A stretch of 32,000 nt of DNA from Candidatus Jordarchaeales archaeon (GTDB lineage: Archaea > Asgardarchaeota > Jordiarchaeia > Jordiarchaeales > Freyrarchaeaceae): the NCBI GenBank assembly GCA_038889235.1, contig JAWAHN010000001.1, positions 704,499 through 736,498 of the forward strand, given 5' to 3'. Below, piece by piece: positions 1 to 9,028 of this stretch. Position 1 is the first letter of the stretch, and every line of letters starts with the position of its first letter. A model generated the notes under the pieces. The model did no database searches and had not been told where the DNA came from. It saw only the letters and a list, made by a program, of their open reading frames with translations. The translations under genes were made by a program, and so were the position numbers.

Positions 1-1086
1 AGCGCCTTTTCTGTGGACACATAGGACTTTGCTTTCGCCATCAACACGGTGTCTTTCAAGCTTAGCGATGTTGTGAGCCACATCGTATACTACATGTATT
101 CCAAGGTCTTCGGAAGAAGAGGAGAAGACTTTTTCAAACGATTCGCGCACCCAGTGTGTTATGCACTGCCTGTTTGCCCAAGCAAAGTTTGCAGCCGCCG
201 CCATCGCCGCCAAGTAATCTTCACCCTCCCTGCTTTTTCCTGGAACAGCCGCCAGCTCTCTGTCTGGAAGCGAGATACCATACTTTCCCATTGCGTGCTC
301 CATTATCTTTAAATAATCGGAGCATACCTGATGACCTAAACCACGTGAACCGGTATGTATTAGTACTGCTATCTGTCCCTCAAATAATCCCATTTTCTCG
401 GCTGCCCTCGCATCATAAACTTGCTCAACATATTGTATTTCAAGGAAGTGGTTACCGCTACCTAGTGTCCCGAGTTGAGGGGCACCACGATCCTTTGCCT
501 TAGAGGAGACCTTGCTCGCATCAGCACTCTTAAGACACCCCTCCTCCTCACAAAATATTCGGTCTTCATCCCAACCGAAGCCTTTTTCGATCGCCCAATT
601 CACACCGCTTTCAAGTACTTCATTTAGTTCAGAGTGAGAGACTCTAATCTTGCCCTCAGAACCCACACCACTAGGAATCTCTCTGAATAAAACTGCTAGT
701 AACTCTTTGAGCTTGGGAATAACTTCTTTCTTCGAAAGATTTGTCCTGAGAAGACGAACACCACAATTTATATCGTAACCAACCCCTCCTGGAGAAACCA
801 CACCATCCTCTTCAAAGTCGACTGCTGCAACTCCGCCTATGGGGAAACCATATCCTTGATGAGCATCAGGAAGAGCTATGGAGTTTTTCTGGATTCCCGG
901 TAGGCACGCTACATTCATAGCTTGAACTAATGTTTGGTCTTTCTTCATTCCATCGAGAAGTTCCTCATTCGCGAAAATTATGGCCGGAACACGCATACAC
1001 TTCTTGGCATCCTTCGGTATTTCCCATATTAGGTTAGATCTTTTTTTCAGAGGAACCTGGGACACGCCCACCACCCTTCTTTCCAT
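1..1086 (-). CDS. rtcB: RtcB tRNA-splicing (3'-phosphate/5'-OH) RNA ligase; 3' end runs off the window
   Basis: Absent from the ORF track because it has no stop in the window. Manual translation gives an open frame with RtcB motifs LPDAHQGYGFPIGGV, GYDINCGVR, QLGTLGSGNHFLE, HTGSRGLGH, YDVAHN and VHRKGA. The start is ATG 1086 or a downstream GTG (1071/1065). Confidence 0.97.
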   Translation of the reverse strand, partial: MERRVVGVSQVPLKKRSNLIWEIPKDAKKCMRVPAIIFANEELLDGMKKDQTLVQAMNVACLPGIQKNSIALPDAHQGYGFPIGGVAAVDFEEDGVVSPGGVGYDINCGVRLLRTNLSKKEVIPKLKELLAVLFREIPSGVGSEGKIRVSHSELNEVLESGVNWAIEKGFGWDEDRIFCEEEGCLKSADASKVSSKAKDRGAPQLGTLGSGNHFLEIQYVEQVYDARAAEKMGLFEGQIAVLIHTGSRGLGHQVCSDYLKIMEHAMGKYGISLPDRELAAVPGKSREGEDYLAAMAAAANFAWANRQCITHWVRESFEKVFSSSSEDLGIHVVYDVAHNIAKLERHRVDGESKVLCVHRKGA

Positions 1087-1273
1087 TTTAACCTTTTTCC
1101 ATTTTTTAAAAGTTATGTAGACGCTCACTACCGCGTATAGTAACTAGACAAGGATTGATAAACTGTGGAGAAACGTGGGAATTTTTGAGGATACCCGTGT
1201 AGGAGACATTACGAGTGAGGATAAATAAAAGTATCGCGCTTCAAAAGGAAGGTAAATATGCGATGCGGACAGC

Positions 1274-1612
1274 TTAGTACACTCGCCATGTGTGCTTACA
1301 TAAGGTACATCTAAAGAATATCGTTGAAGCCTCATCAGCCCGCCTAGTTTGAACCTGCCAGTAGTAAGCTGTGGTATTGCCGCATTTAGGACAAACGGCT
1401 TTTGCAGTAGGTAATGTCTTCACTTCCAACTCTTCATCCAGAATCAATGTTTTATCTTTCGGCGAATGTTCTATTTCTCTCTTGACAACAAATCTCTCCT
1501 TATAGTTGGATGGGAGATTCTCTTGGTGGCCACAGCTTCGGCATATTAGTTTAACCTCATTTTTCGCTTTCTCGGGATACATTAGCATACCGCATTTGGG
1601 GCAGAAGTTCAA
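1274..1612 (-). CDS. tfs: Transcription factor S (TFS, RpoM/TFIIS-like cleavage factor)
   Basis: Two Zn ribbons (FCPKCG...CRSCG; CPKCG...CTLC) and the QTRRADE acidic hairpin motif; TTG start with SD aggtga. Confidence 0.93.
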   Translation of the reverse strand: MNFCPKCGMLMYPEKAKNEVKLICRSCGHQENLPSNYKERFVVKREIEHSPKDKTLILDEELEVKTLPTAKAVCPKCGNTTAYYWQVQTRRADEASTIFFRCTLCKHTWRVY

Positions 1613-1648
1613 CGGCTATCACCTTTCTAGTGTTACAGTTAGATACGA

Positions 1649-2035
1649 TTAATCCTTATTTTTCTCTTCAACAATTCCTAATTCTTTTATAATGTTTCGT
1701 ATGAGCGATGTGAAGGCAGAGACAAAATTACTGGTGTTGTTTTTAACTGAAAGCTTCGGGTTAATCATCGAGGCGATGAAGTTTGCAGCCTCTTTTATCT
1801 CTATCGCCCCAGTTAGCCAAGCATATCCTATTAAGGCCTCCGCCGCGTCACTCAGCTTATACTTGTCTTGTCTTGGCGGTAAATAGAGACGTAATCCCGA
1901 CGCTCTTAAAGCTTCTGCAAGTATGTAGCCAGGGAGCTTCGTTTTTTTGATATCACCTATCGCTATAAGTAAAGCCAAACTGTACATCAAATTGACTACT
2001 CCATCCCCTATCCTCGCGAATTGCCTGTTAGACAA
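1649..2035 (-). CDS. Archaeal minimal RNase III-like protein
   Basis: Motifs FARIGDGVVNLMYSLAL and LSDAAEALIGYAWL resemble the archaeal RNase III-fold family. The position next to rpo11 and tfs is a familiar archaeal context. Confidence 0.75.
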   Translation of the reverse strand: MSNRQFARIGDGVVNLMYSLALLIAIGDIKKTKLPGYILAEALRASGLRLYLPPRQDKYKLSDAAEALIGYAWLTGAIEIKEAANFIASMINPKLSVKNNTSNFVSAFTSLIRNIIKELGIVEEKNKD

Positions 2036-2062
2036 AACCTTACTGAGCGACTGCAGTATGCC

Positions 2063-2365
2063 CTACCCTCCTGTAGAGGATTTAAAGGCATCCAGAGCTT
2101 TGGAGAAAGATTCACTAAATTCAGTAAAAGTGTTTTTGAGGCGTTCAACAGCGTTCTTCAAAGCCTCTTCAGGAGAGATTGTTTGATTAGTTGTAATGTA
2201 TATTTTCGGGTTCGATAACAAGGGGTGCTCTATTTTGTAACCTGCAAAGACAACGTTCTTGTCCTCCAGTAGAGACTTCTTAAGCAATCCGCATAGCGTG
2301 TGATCCTCTCCTTCCACTTCTAACTCCAAATGGTTTTCTGTACGTTTTATCACGCGCACCTTCAT
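2063..2365 (-). CDS. rpo11: DNA-directed RNA polymerase subunit Rpo11 (RpoL)
   Basis: LEVEGEDHTLCGLL...FAGYKIEHPL motif. ATG 2365 follows SD ggaggtg, so it is preferred over the ORF-track start at 2422. Confidence 0.95.
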   Translation of the reverse strand: MKVRVIKRTENHLELEVEGEDHTLCGLLKKSLLEDKNVVFAGYKIEHPLLSNPKIYITTNQTISPEEALKNAVERLKNTFTEFSESFSKALDAFKSSTGG

Positions 2366-2402
2366 GTACCATACACCTCCTTGCAAACATACTTTTCCGG
2401 GC

Positions 2403-2981
2403 TTACACTTTTGATTTACCATAATCCACAGAAACCTTTCTTTTCTCTTTATTGCCGCAAGATTTACAAACTAAAATACTATTTCCCCTTGACTCCAGTA
2501 CCGAGCCGCACTTGGAGCAAAACGCAAGGATAACTCCCAGATTCTTGCCAACAGTGGATAATTGGACAAACTCGCTTCGTATGTCTATCACCCGTGCTCT
2601 CACTATGTCTCCAGCTTTAAAAGCATCAGAAGGTTTTTCAATAAATTGATTGCTTATCTGAGAAACGTGAATGATTCCAGAACATGGGGAAGTGAGTGTT
2701 TTTCCTCCAACACGCACAATGCTAACTCTACTGAACTTGCCCGTGTTATTTACAACCATTCCTAAGACTAAACTGCCCTTCTTGACTATGGAAGGAGCTT
2801 CAAAGGATACTACTTTAACGCGTCTTTCAACCTTATCAATCAACAGTATTCCCGCATTAGAAGCGAAAATTTTGCCATCCTCGTCGTACGTTCCTTCATT
2901 CGGTGAAAATTCTTCTATAACACCTAACCAATCTCCCGGTAATACGAAACTGCCAGTTTTAGGTCTCTCTGAGCTAACCAC
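2403..2981 (-). CDS. csl4: Exosome RNA-binding cap subunit Csl4
   Basis: N-terminal VLPGDWLGVIEEF, an S1 domain and a C-terminal Zn ribbon (CSKCG...CKSCGNKEKRKVS). Confidence 0.93.
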   Translation of the reverse strand: MVSSERPKTGSFVLPGDWLGVIEEFSPNEGTYDEDGKIFASNAGILLIDKVERRVKVVSFEAPSIVKKGSLVLGMVVNNTGKFSRVSIVRVGGKTLTSPCSGIIHVSQISNQFIEKPSDAFKAGDIVRARVIDIRSEFVQLSTVGKNLGVILAFCSKCGSVLESRGNSILVCKSCGNKEKRKVSVDYGKSKV

Positions 2982-3001
2982 TTAAAGTCACCCCCTTCCC
3001 T

Positions 3002-3631
3002 CTAAACTCTTAAAATTCTATATATGTCAACATCCACGACATGAAATCTCTTGGTATGGAAACTGAAGAGAGCGGGGATAGGTAGCTTAACCGTAACTAT
3101 CTGGTCTATGTATCCACCTTGCTCTGCCACGAACTTCCTAATGAAGCGTCTAACTTTAAAGTTTGCTTTATGAATGGAGTATACAACATTAGCGATTTTA
3201 AGCGCTTTTTCTAGGAACAGTCTATCGCTGAAACGTCTACGGACGCCGAAAGGAGGGTTTTGAACTACAGTGTCTGCATCTCCTCTTAAATTTTTCAGGT
3301 CTATTAAGATCCAATCAACTTTATCATCTACACCTAATTGTTTAGCGTTCAGTTTCGCTATCCTTAGTACATTTGAATCCACATCCACGCCGACAACCCG
3401 CTTTGCACCAAGTATAGCGGCGCCCAAGGCTAGCATGCCGTTACCACATCCGAGGTCATAAACTACTTTTCCTTCGATGTCATTGTAAGTGTATGCTGCC
3501 ATAAAGAGGAGAGTTGATGCTATTCTGCTATGTGTAGGGTATTGTTCCAGTTTAACCTGAGGACATGGATTTCTCTCTAAACTTTCAAGTACGAGTTCAA
3601 GATGTTTGCGCTTTAATTTAACTTCAGCCAT
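3002..3631 (-). CDS. METTL5-like RNA N6-adenine methyltransferase
   Basis: LEQYPT, SAM-binding DLGCGNG and catalytic NPPFG motifs; conserved neighbour of dph2 and csl4. Confidence 0.88.
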   Translation of the reverse strand: MAEVKLKRKHLELVLESLERNPCPQVKLEQYPTHSRIASTLLFMAAYTYNDIEGKVVYDLGCGNGMLALGAAILGAKRVVGVDVDSNVLRIAKLNAKQLGVDDKVDWILIDLKNLRGDADTVVQNPPFGVRRRFSDRLFLEKALKIANVVYSIHKANFKVRRFIRKFVAEQGGYIDQIVTVKLPIPALFSFHTKRFHVVDVDIYRILRV

Positions 3632-4643
3632 TCTCTTTCCCTGCCTCCCTAGTCAATATAGGATATATCTCTGTCCAGTCTCTCCTTCCAAGAACTACTT
3701 CGACTTCATTTGGAGTCAACACGGGAATGGGAAAGCGTGGTCCATCCTCGATTGCAATTCTAGGACATGCCGTCACGACAAGCGCTTCTATATCTTTTAA
3801 ATTGGTGAAGCGTTCAGGGGATACTTCTCTCATGGCTAACAAATAAACTTCTTTCCCCGAAGCGCGCAAGGTCTCTTTCAACTTTTTTACTAATTTTAAA
3901 CGAGTTTGACCAGATTTTAACCCTATAACTATACCGAACTTTTCCGCGTTTTTGGCTCTACATATCTGAGCAAATCTCTCAAGGAGTATGCGTTTAACTT
4001 GTGGCGTCACGTCACACGCTTCCCCCGTGTAAGGGTCTAGCGATATGACACGTTTTCCGGTGAAGAGCGCCATACCCACCGCATGGAAAAAACCACCACC
4101 TATAAAGAGGACAGTGTCGGCTTCCGATGAAAAAACATTAGAGAAGTCGCAGCCTAATACTTGGCCGGGGTAGGGTGCTTTCTTACTACACGCCTTAAGA
4201 ACCACTTTGACCCCAGCGTTTTCTAATGCTTTTTTAACTTTGGGTAGTTTTTTAGCGTGCTGCACTGTTGACGTAAGAATCAAGCGCTTTAATCCAAAGC
4301 GTGACGATACATTAACCGCTTGATCTTCGATCTCGCGTGTCGAAAAACACTCAACGAAAATAACGGGTATAGTGGTGTTAATGGGCCAAGGAGCATGCCC
4401 AAAATGAATCAAGAGGTCTGCTTTAAGAGCGGTAGATTCATGGATTGCTAAATCGCACGCCCCCCAGCATGGGTCAAGCGATATAATAACTTCGGCTCTT
4501 GTCTTTTCCTCTAAGATGGATGCGACTTTTGTTGCGTAGGGAAGGAGACCTTCAGGGAATTGGAGGCAAACCCGCTGAGCCCTTCTCTCTTTAACTTCTG
4601 AAATTACCTTTTCAATTTCAAAGTCGAAGTCTTCCGCGTTCAT
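3624..4643 (-). CDS. dph2: Diphthamide biosynthesis radical-SAM enzyme Dph2
   Basis: LQFPEGL, CWGACD, HFGH, GQVLGCD and ACPRI motifs, which include the Fe-S cysteines. Confidence 0.95.
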   Translation of the reverse strand: MNAEDFDFEIEKVISEVKERRAQRVCLQFPEGLLPYATKVASILEEKTRAEVIISLDPCWGACDLAIHESTALKADLLIHFGHAPWPINTTIPVIFVECFSTREIEDQAVNVSSRFGLKRLILTSTVQHAKKLPKVKKALENAGVKVVLKACSKKAPYPGQVLGCDFSNVFSSEADTVLFIGGGFFHAVGMALFTGKRVISLDPYTGEACDVTPQVKRILLERFAQICRAKNAEKFGIVIGLKSGQTRLKLVKKLKETLRASGKEVYLLAMREVSPERFTNLKDIEALVVTACPRIAIEDGPRFPIPVLTPNEVEVVLGRRDWTEIYPILTREAGKENG

Positions 4644-4753
4644 AACGGGGAACCGCCTGAAACATGCCTGTTCCTACTAATTCTATCAAAAAGGAAAATA
4701 TTTTTTCTTCGTCTTAGACGATATTGTAACTGCTTTCAGACGAGGTGACGGAG

Positions 4754-5989
4754 ATGAGTAAAATAGAGCGCATCGAGGCGCGAAAAATATTTGATTCAAG
4801 GGGGAACCCGACAATAGAAGTAACAGTGTATGCTGGTGGCGTAATGGCGAGCGCGTGTGCTCCTTCTGGTGCGAGCGTCGGTAAATTCGAGGCGCAAGCG
4901 TTTCCTAAAGGAGGAGTTGAACAGTCAATTAAAGTAATCAAGGAACTTTCAGACGTGCTAAGAGGGATGAGTGTAGACGACCAAGCATCAATAGACATGA
5001 CCATCCGTAAATTTGATGGGACAGAGAACTTTAGCAGACTAGGGGGAAATGCTGCGATAGCGCTTTCCATAGCTGTCGCGAAGGCAGCATCTATTGTTAG
5101 AGGAGTGCCTTTATGCAAATACCTTAACAATGAATTAGAAGCACCTTTTCCGCTCAGTAATATAATCGGTGGCGGGGTTCATACTAAAGGAGATTCCATA
5201 GATTTTCAGGAGTTCCTAGTGCTTCCTGTAGGCGCCAAAAGTTTTAGGGAGGCTGCAAGTGTTAACGTAATGGTTCACAGAGAAGTGGCCCGCATTTTAA
5301 CAGAACGATACCCGAAATATGTGTTTGGAAGGAACGATGAAGGAGCGTGGGCAGCCCCTCTGACTATACGAGAAGCTATTGAAGTGCTTTTCTCAGCGAC
5401 GTGTAAGGTTGAAAGTGAAACAAATGTTAAGGTTAGAATGGGTATTGATGCTGCAGCGTCTGAACTTTGGGATGAAAAGAAGAAATCATACATTTACAGG
5501 AAAGAAGGGTTTGAGAAAAAAAGAGAGGAGCAAATTGAATACATATCTTCACTTATAGAAGAATACGATATAGCTTACTTCGAGGATCCGTTTAACGAAG
5601 AAGATTTTGAAGCTTTTGCGAGTTTGAAGAGCTCGCTAAAGAAAAAATGTATAATCACAGGGGATGACCTAACAGTAACCAACAGGAAAAGGATAGAGCT
5701 GGCTATTGAGAGGAGGGCCATAAATGGAGTAATAATAAAACCAAACCAGATAGGAACGCTTACGGAAACTAGAAAGGCTGTTGAGGTGGCTCTGTCAAAG
5801 AACGTTGTCCCAGTGGCGTCTCACAGATCGGGTGAAACGTGTGATCCAGCGTTAGCACATCTTGCGCTAGGAATGAAATGTCCCGTGATAAAGATAGGGA
5901 TTATGGGCGGTGAAAGAATAGTAAAAATAAACGAAATAATGAGGGTCGAAGAAGAGTTAGGGGTCAAAATGGCAAAGCCTCCGATTTGA
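4754..5989 (+). CDS. eno: Enolase (phosphopyruvate hydratase)
   Basis: DSRGNPTIEV, APSGAS, DFQEF, EDPF, GDDL, IKPNQIG and SHRSGET motifs. ATG 4754 follows SD gaggtga; the ORF track starts at GTG 4745. Confidence 0.95.
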   Translation: MSKIERIEARKIFDSRGNPTIEVTVYAGGVMASACAPSGASVGKFEAQAFPKGGVEQSIKVIKELSDVLRGMSVDDQASIDMTIRKFDGTENFSRLGGNAAIALSIAVAKAASIVRGVPLCKYLNNELEAPFPLSNIIGGGVHTKGDSIDFQEFLVLPVGAKSFREAASVNVMVHREVARILTERYPKYVFGRNDEGAWAAPLTIREAIEVLFSATCKVESETNVKVRMGIDAAASELWDEKKKSYIYRKEGFEKKREEQIEYISSLIEEYDIAYFEDPFNEEDFEAFASLKSSLKKKCIITGDDLTVTNRKRIELAIERRAINGVIIKPNQIGTLTETRKAVEVALSKNVVPVASHRSGETCDPALAHLALGMKCPVIKIGIMGGERIVKINEIMRVEEELGVKMAKPPI

Positions 5990-6002
5990 GGGGGTTTACA
6001 CC

Positions 6003-6449
6003 ATTTTTGCTGAGATAGCTGAGTTCATAGAGACAAGGTATCGTAACGCGCGAAAAATAGTTGAAGTGGGTGTTGGAAGAAAATACGAAGTGGCTGCTAG
6101 ACTGGCGAGCAATCTGACTGCAGAGCTTATTTTAACTGACTTAAATCCTAATTTTTTCGTAGGAGTCAGACTTGGAAGAAACGTCAAAATGATTGTTGAT
6201 GACATTTTTAACCCTGATTGGAAGTTGTATGAAGGGGCAGACTTAATATACGCTATAAGACCGAACCCAGAAGTGCAAAATCAGATACTTGAAGTGGCGT
6301 CAAGAGTAGGAGCAGATGTTCTTCTCAATGTCCTAAGCGGAGAGTGGATTGAAACGAACAATAAAAAAATGAAACACGTGTTGATCAATTATAAGGGAGT
6401 CACGTTACACCTCTTCCTTAATGTTTCCCGTAAAAGAGAAGAAACTTGA
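6003..6449 (+). CDS. UPF0146 family protein; start uncertain, possibly ATT 6003
   Basis: KIVEVGVG...ADLIYAIRPNPE pattern. The frame is open upstream of the track's GTG 6066 and encodes the expected N-terminal helix, but contains no ATG/GTG/TTG. Confidence 0.75.
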   Translation: MFAEIAEFIETRYRNARKIVEVGVGRKYEVAARLASNLTAELILTDLNPNFFVGVRLGRNVKMIVDDIFNPDWKLYEGADLIYAIRPNPEVQNQILEVASRVGADVLLNVLSGEWIETNNKKMKHVLINYKGVTLHLFLNVSRKREET

Positions 6450-6491
6450 TTTAACAGAGATTGTTAGCATGTATGTATGTACAATCTAATA

Positions 6492-6507
6492 AAAAAAGGT
6501 TTATAAA
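6492..6507 (+). promoter_or_regulatory. Putative BRE/TATA promoter of ppsA
   Basis: An A-rich BRE-like run followed by TTTATAAA (6500-6507), about 55 nt upstream of the TTG start. Confidence 0.5.
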
Positions 6508-6560
6508 AAAGCAGGAGTCACCCTTTTCATAGAAGGTACGGAATAATAAGGGGTGGGCAC

Positions 6561-8969
6561 TTGTCAAGGAATGAAAGATTTGTACTTTGGTTCGAAGAAG
6601 TAGGAAAGGAAGACGTGGCACTAGTGGGCGGAAAATGCGCGAATTTAGGAGAACTAATGACGAAAGCAAAGGTGCCGGTCCCGCCAGGGTTCGCTGTGAC
6701 AACACATGCTTTCAACTACTTCATTACCAAAACGAAAGTGAAAGATAAAATATTCAAAATACTTGAAGATATTGACGTCAAAGACTTGAAGCAGCTAGAA
6801 GAAGCCTCAAGAGAGATGAGGAGACTAATTGAGGAGGCGCGAATTCCCGAAGAAATAGAGACAGAGATCCTGAATGCTTACGACGAATTAACTAGGAAAG
6901 TTGGTAGAGAACCTCTTGTAGCTGTTCGTTCCAGCGCCTCGGCAGAGGATTGAGTTGGCTTCCCTCAATTGCCGGGCGCCAGCTTTGCTGGGCAGCAAGA
7001 AACGTATTTGAATGTTTGCAGAAGCGAGCTTTTAGAGAAGATTAAGAAATGTTGGAGCAGCCTTTACACCCCTAGGGCAATAGTATACAGAAAAGAGAAG
7101 GGCTTTAAGCACGAACACGTTTCGATAGGTGTTGCTGTACAAGAAATGGTTGATGCGAGATCTGCAGGGGTGATGTTTAGCATACACCCAACTACTGGTG
7201 AGAGGAATAAGATTCTCATAGAGGCAAGCTGGGGGCTCGGTGAGGCTGTTGTGAGCGGAGCAGTAACGCCCGATACGTACATAGTAGACAAAAACACTCT
7301 TGAAATACTTGAAAAACATATTGCTTCTAAGAAAGTTGAGTATGTAAGGGATCCTAAAACTGGAAAGACAGTACATTTAGAGGTGCCTAAGGAAAGACAG
7401 GACGCACCCGCTTTGAGTAACGAAGAAATAAAGACTCTGGCAAAATACGCGCTTCAGATAGAGAGACATTACGGTGTTCCTCAAGATATTGAATGGGCTG
7501 TGGATAGAGACGGAAGGATTTTTATACTGCAAGCAAGACCTGAAACTGTGCACTCGAAAGGCGTGCTTGTAGAGCAAAAACCGGTGGAAAGTGTGAGTGG
7601 AATAGAAGTTTTAGTGAGAGGGTTGCCGGTCTCCCCGGGGATAGGTGCTGGTAAAGTTAAGGTAATTCTTGACGTCAAAGAAATTCATAAAGTTCAGGAG
7701 GGGGACGTTCTTGTTACCAGGATGACAACGCCTGATTGGGTTCCAGCGATGAAAAAAGCGGTCGCGATAGTTACAGATGAGGGGGGTTATACCTGTCATG
7801 CAGCAATAGTGTCTCGTGAATTGGGTATCCCATGTGTTGTGGGTACGGGGAACGCAACAAAAGTGCTTGCGAACGTAGACGCTGTGACTGTGGATGGTAG
7901 TAAGGGATTGGTTTACCGTGGAATAGTAGAGAAGGTTGAAAAAGCTGAGACACCAACCGTCGTCACAACCGCTATGATTCCGACTGCGACCAAAATATTT
8001 GTTAACCTTTCAATACCGGAGATCGCCGACAAAGTTGCAAGCGAAACTATGGCCGACGGTGTTGGACTTCTCAGAGCGGAGCACATGATGATAACTATAG
8101 GTAAACATCCTAGAAAGCTCATAGAAGAAGGTGGAGAAAGCCTAATGATTGAAAGGTTTGCAGAGGGCATCAAAAAAGTTGCTGAAGCATTTTATCCTAG
8201 ACCCGTAGTGTATAGGTTCTTAGACTTCAAACCAGACGAATTCTTAGCTTTGGAAGGAGGAGAAAAATACGAGCTTGAAGCGGGACACGTTGGACCAAAC
8301 CCAATGATAGGATACAGAGGCCAATTTAGATATGTCAAAGAGCCAGACATATTCAGGTTGGAGTGCAGAGCGGTGAAGAAAGTCAGAGAGGAATACGGGC
8401 TGAAAAATGTCTGGGTTATGGTGCCATTCGTTAACACAGTGGAAATTTTCAGAGAAGTTAAAAGAATAATGAAAGAAGAAGGGCTTGACCGAGAAAAGGA
8501 TCCTGACTTTAAGCTATGGATAATGGTTGAGGTTCCGAGTAGCGTCTTTCTCATAGACAAGTTCTGCGAAGAAGGCATAGATGGAATATCATTTGGAACC
8601 AATGACCTCACAATGCTAGTGCTGGGAGTGGACAGAAATGATGCTTCGGTTCAAGAAGTTTACGACGAACGTAATTTAGCAGTACTTAGGGCGATAGCAT
8701 ACACTATAAAGATATGTAGGAAGTACGGGGTAACTACTTCTGTGTGTGGGCAAGCACCCAGCGTGTATCCGGACTACTTGGAGTTCCTAGTGAGACTGGG
8801 AGCCACTTCGATAAGTGTGAATCCAGACGCTGTGAAAAGAACACGTGAAATGGTAGCAAGAATAGAGCAGCAAATCCTCATGGAAAAAGCTCTAGGCATC
8901 AAACCTAGAGTCAAGATAGGGAAATACTTCCTCGAGGAAGTGGAGTTCTGGAAGCTGGCAAACGACTAA
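6561..8969 (+). CDS. ppsA: Phosphoenolpyruvate synthase (pyruvate,water dikinase); exons 6561-6950 and 6969-8969, about 796 aa after splicing
   Basis: [22 protein letters not shown]|[19 protein letters not shown], phospho-His motif [15 protein letters not shown] and FGTNDLT. The two ORF-track pieces are in the same frame, separated by an 18-nt insertion. Confidence 0.93.
6951..6968 (+). other. Candidate bulge-helix-bulge intron in ppsA mRNA (UGAGUUGGCUUCCCUCAA)
   Basis: Outer stems GCGCC/GGCGC and CGGCA/UGCCG; central helix GAGG/CCUC; 3-nt bulges AU|U and AA|U; inner stem GAG/UUC. Cutting after the second nucleotide of each bulge restores GAG GAU UUG CCG (E-D-L-P). Confidence 0.85.
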
Positions 8970-9028
8970 GGAAGCCCCTACATTTTCTTCTCATTCAGCG
9001 AAACGCTTTAAAAACAATTCAGTTAATT

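Noticed and set aside
1087-1273. Possible ncRNA in the tfs-rtcB intergenic gap
   Set aside because: I found no C/D boxes, H/ACA hairpin or tRNA-like fold; only promoter-like AT tracts are present.
2036-2065. TAG read-through fusing rpo11 to the RNase III-like gene, or an ATA start
   Set aside because: The two genes share a frame, but TTG 2035 already gives an N-terminus of family-typical length. Nothing else supports recoding.
5964-6010. Inverted repeat AAAATGG/CCATTTT around the enolase stop as another BHB intron
   Set aside because: No 4-bp central helix with correctly placed 3-nt bulges could be built.
6951-6975. Selenocysteine recoding of the ppsA TGA with an adjacent hairpin
   Set aside because: Read-through would insert six residues (U-V-G-F-P-Q) into a conserved nucleotide-binding motif with no Cys at that position. 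Archaeal SECIS elements normally lie in UTRs. The BHB model explains both boundaries exactly.
6561-8969. ppsA as a pseudogene or a true two-gene split
   Set aside because: Both parts are otherwise intact and in frame with all catalytic motifs. There is no SD before TTG 6969, and the break bisects a conserved motif.
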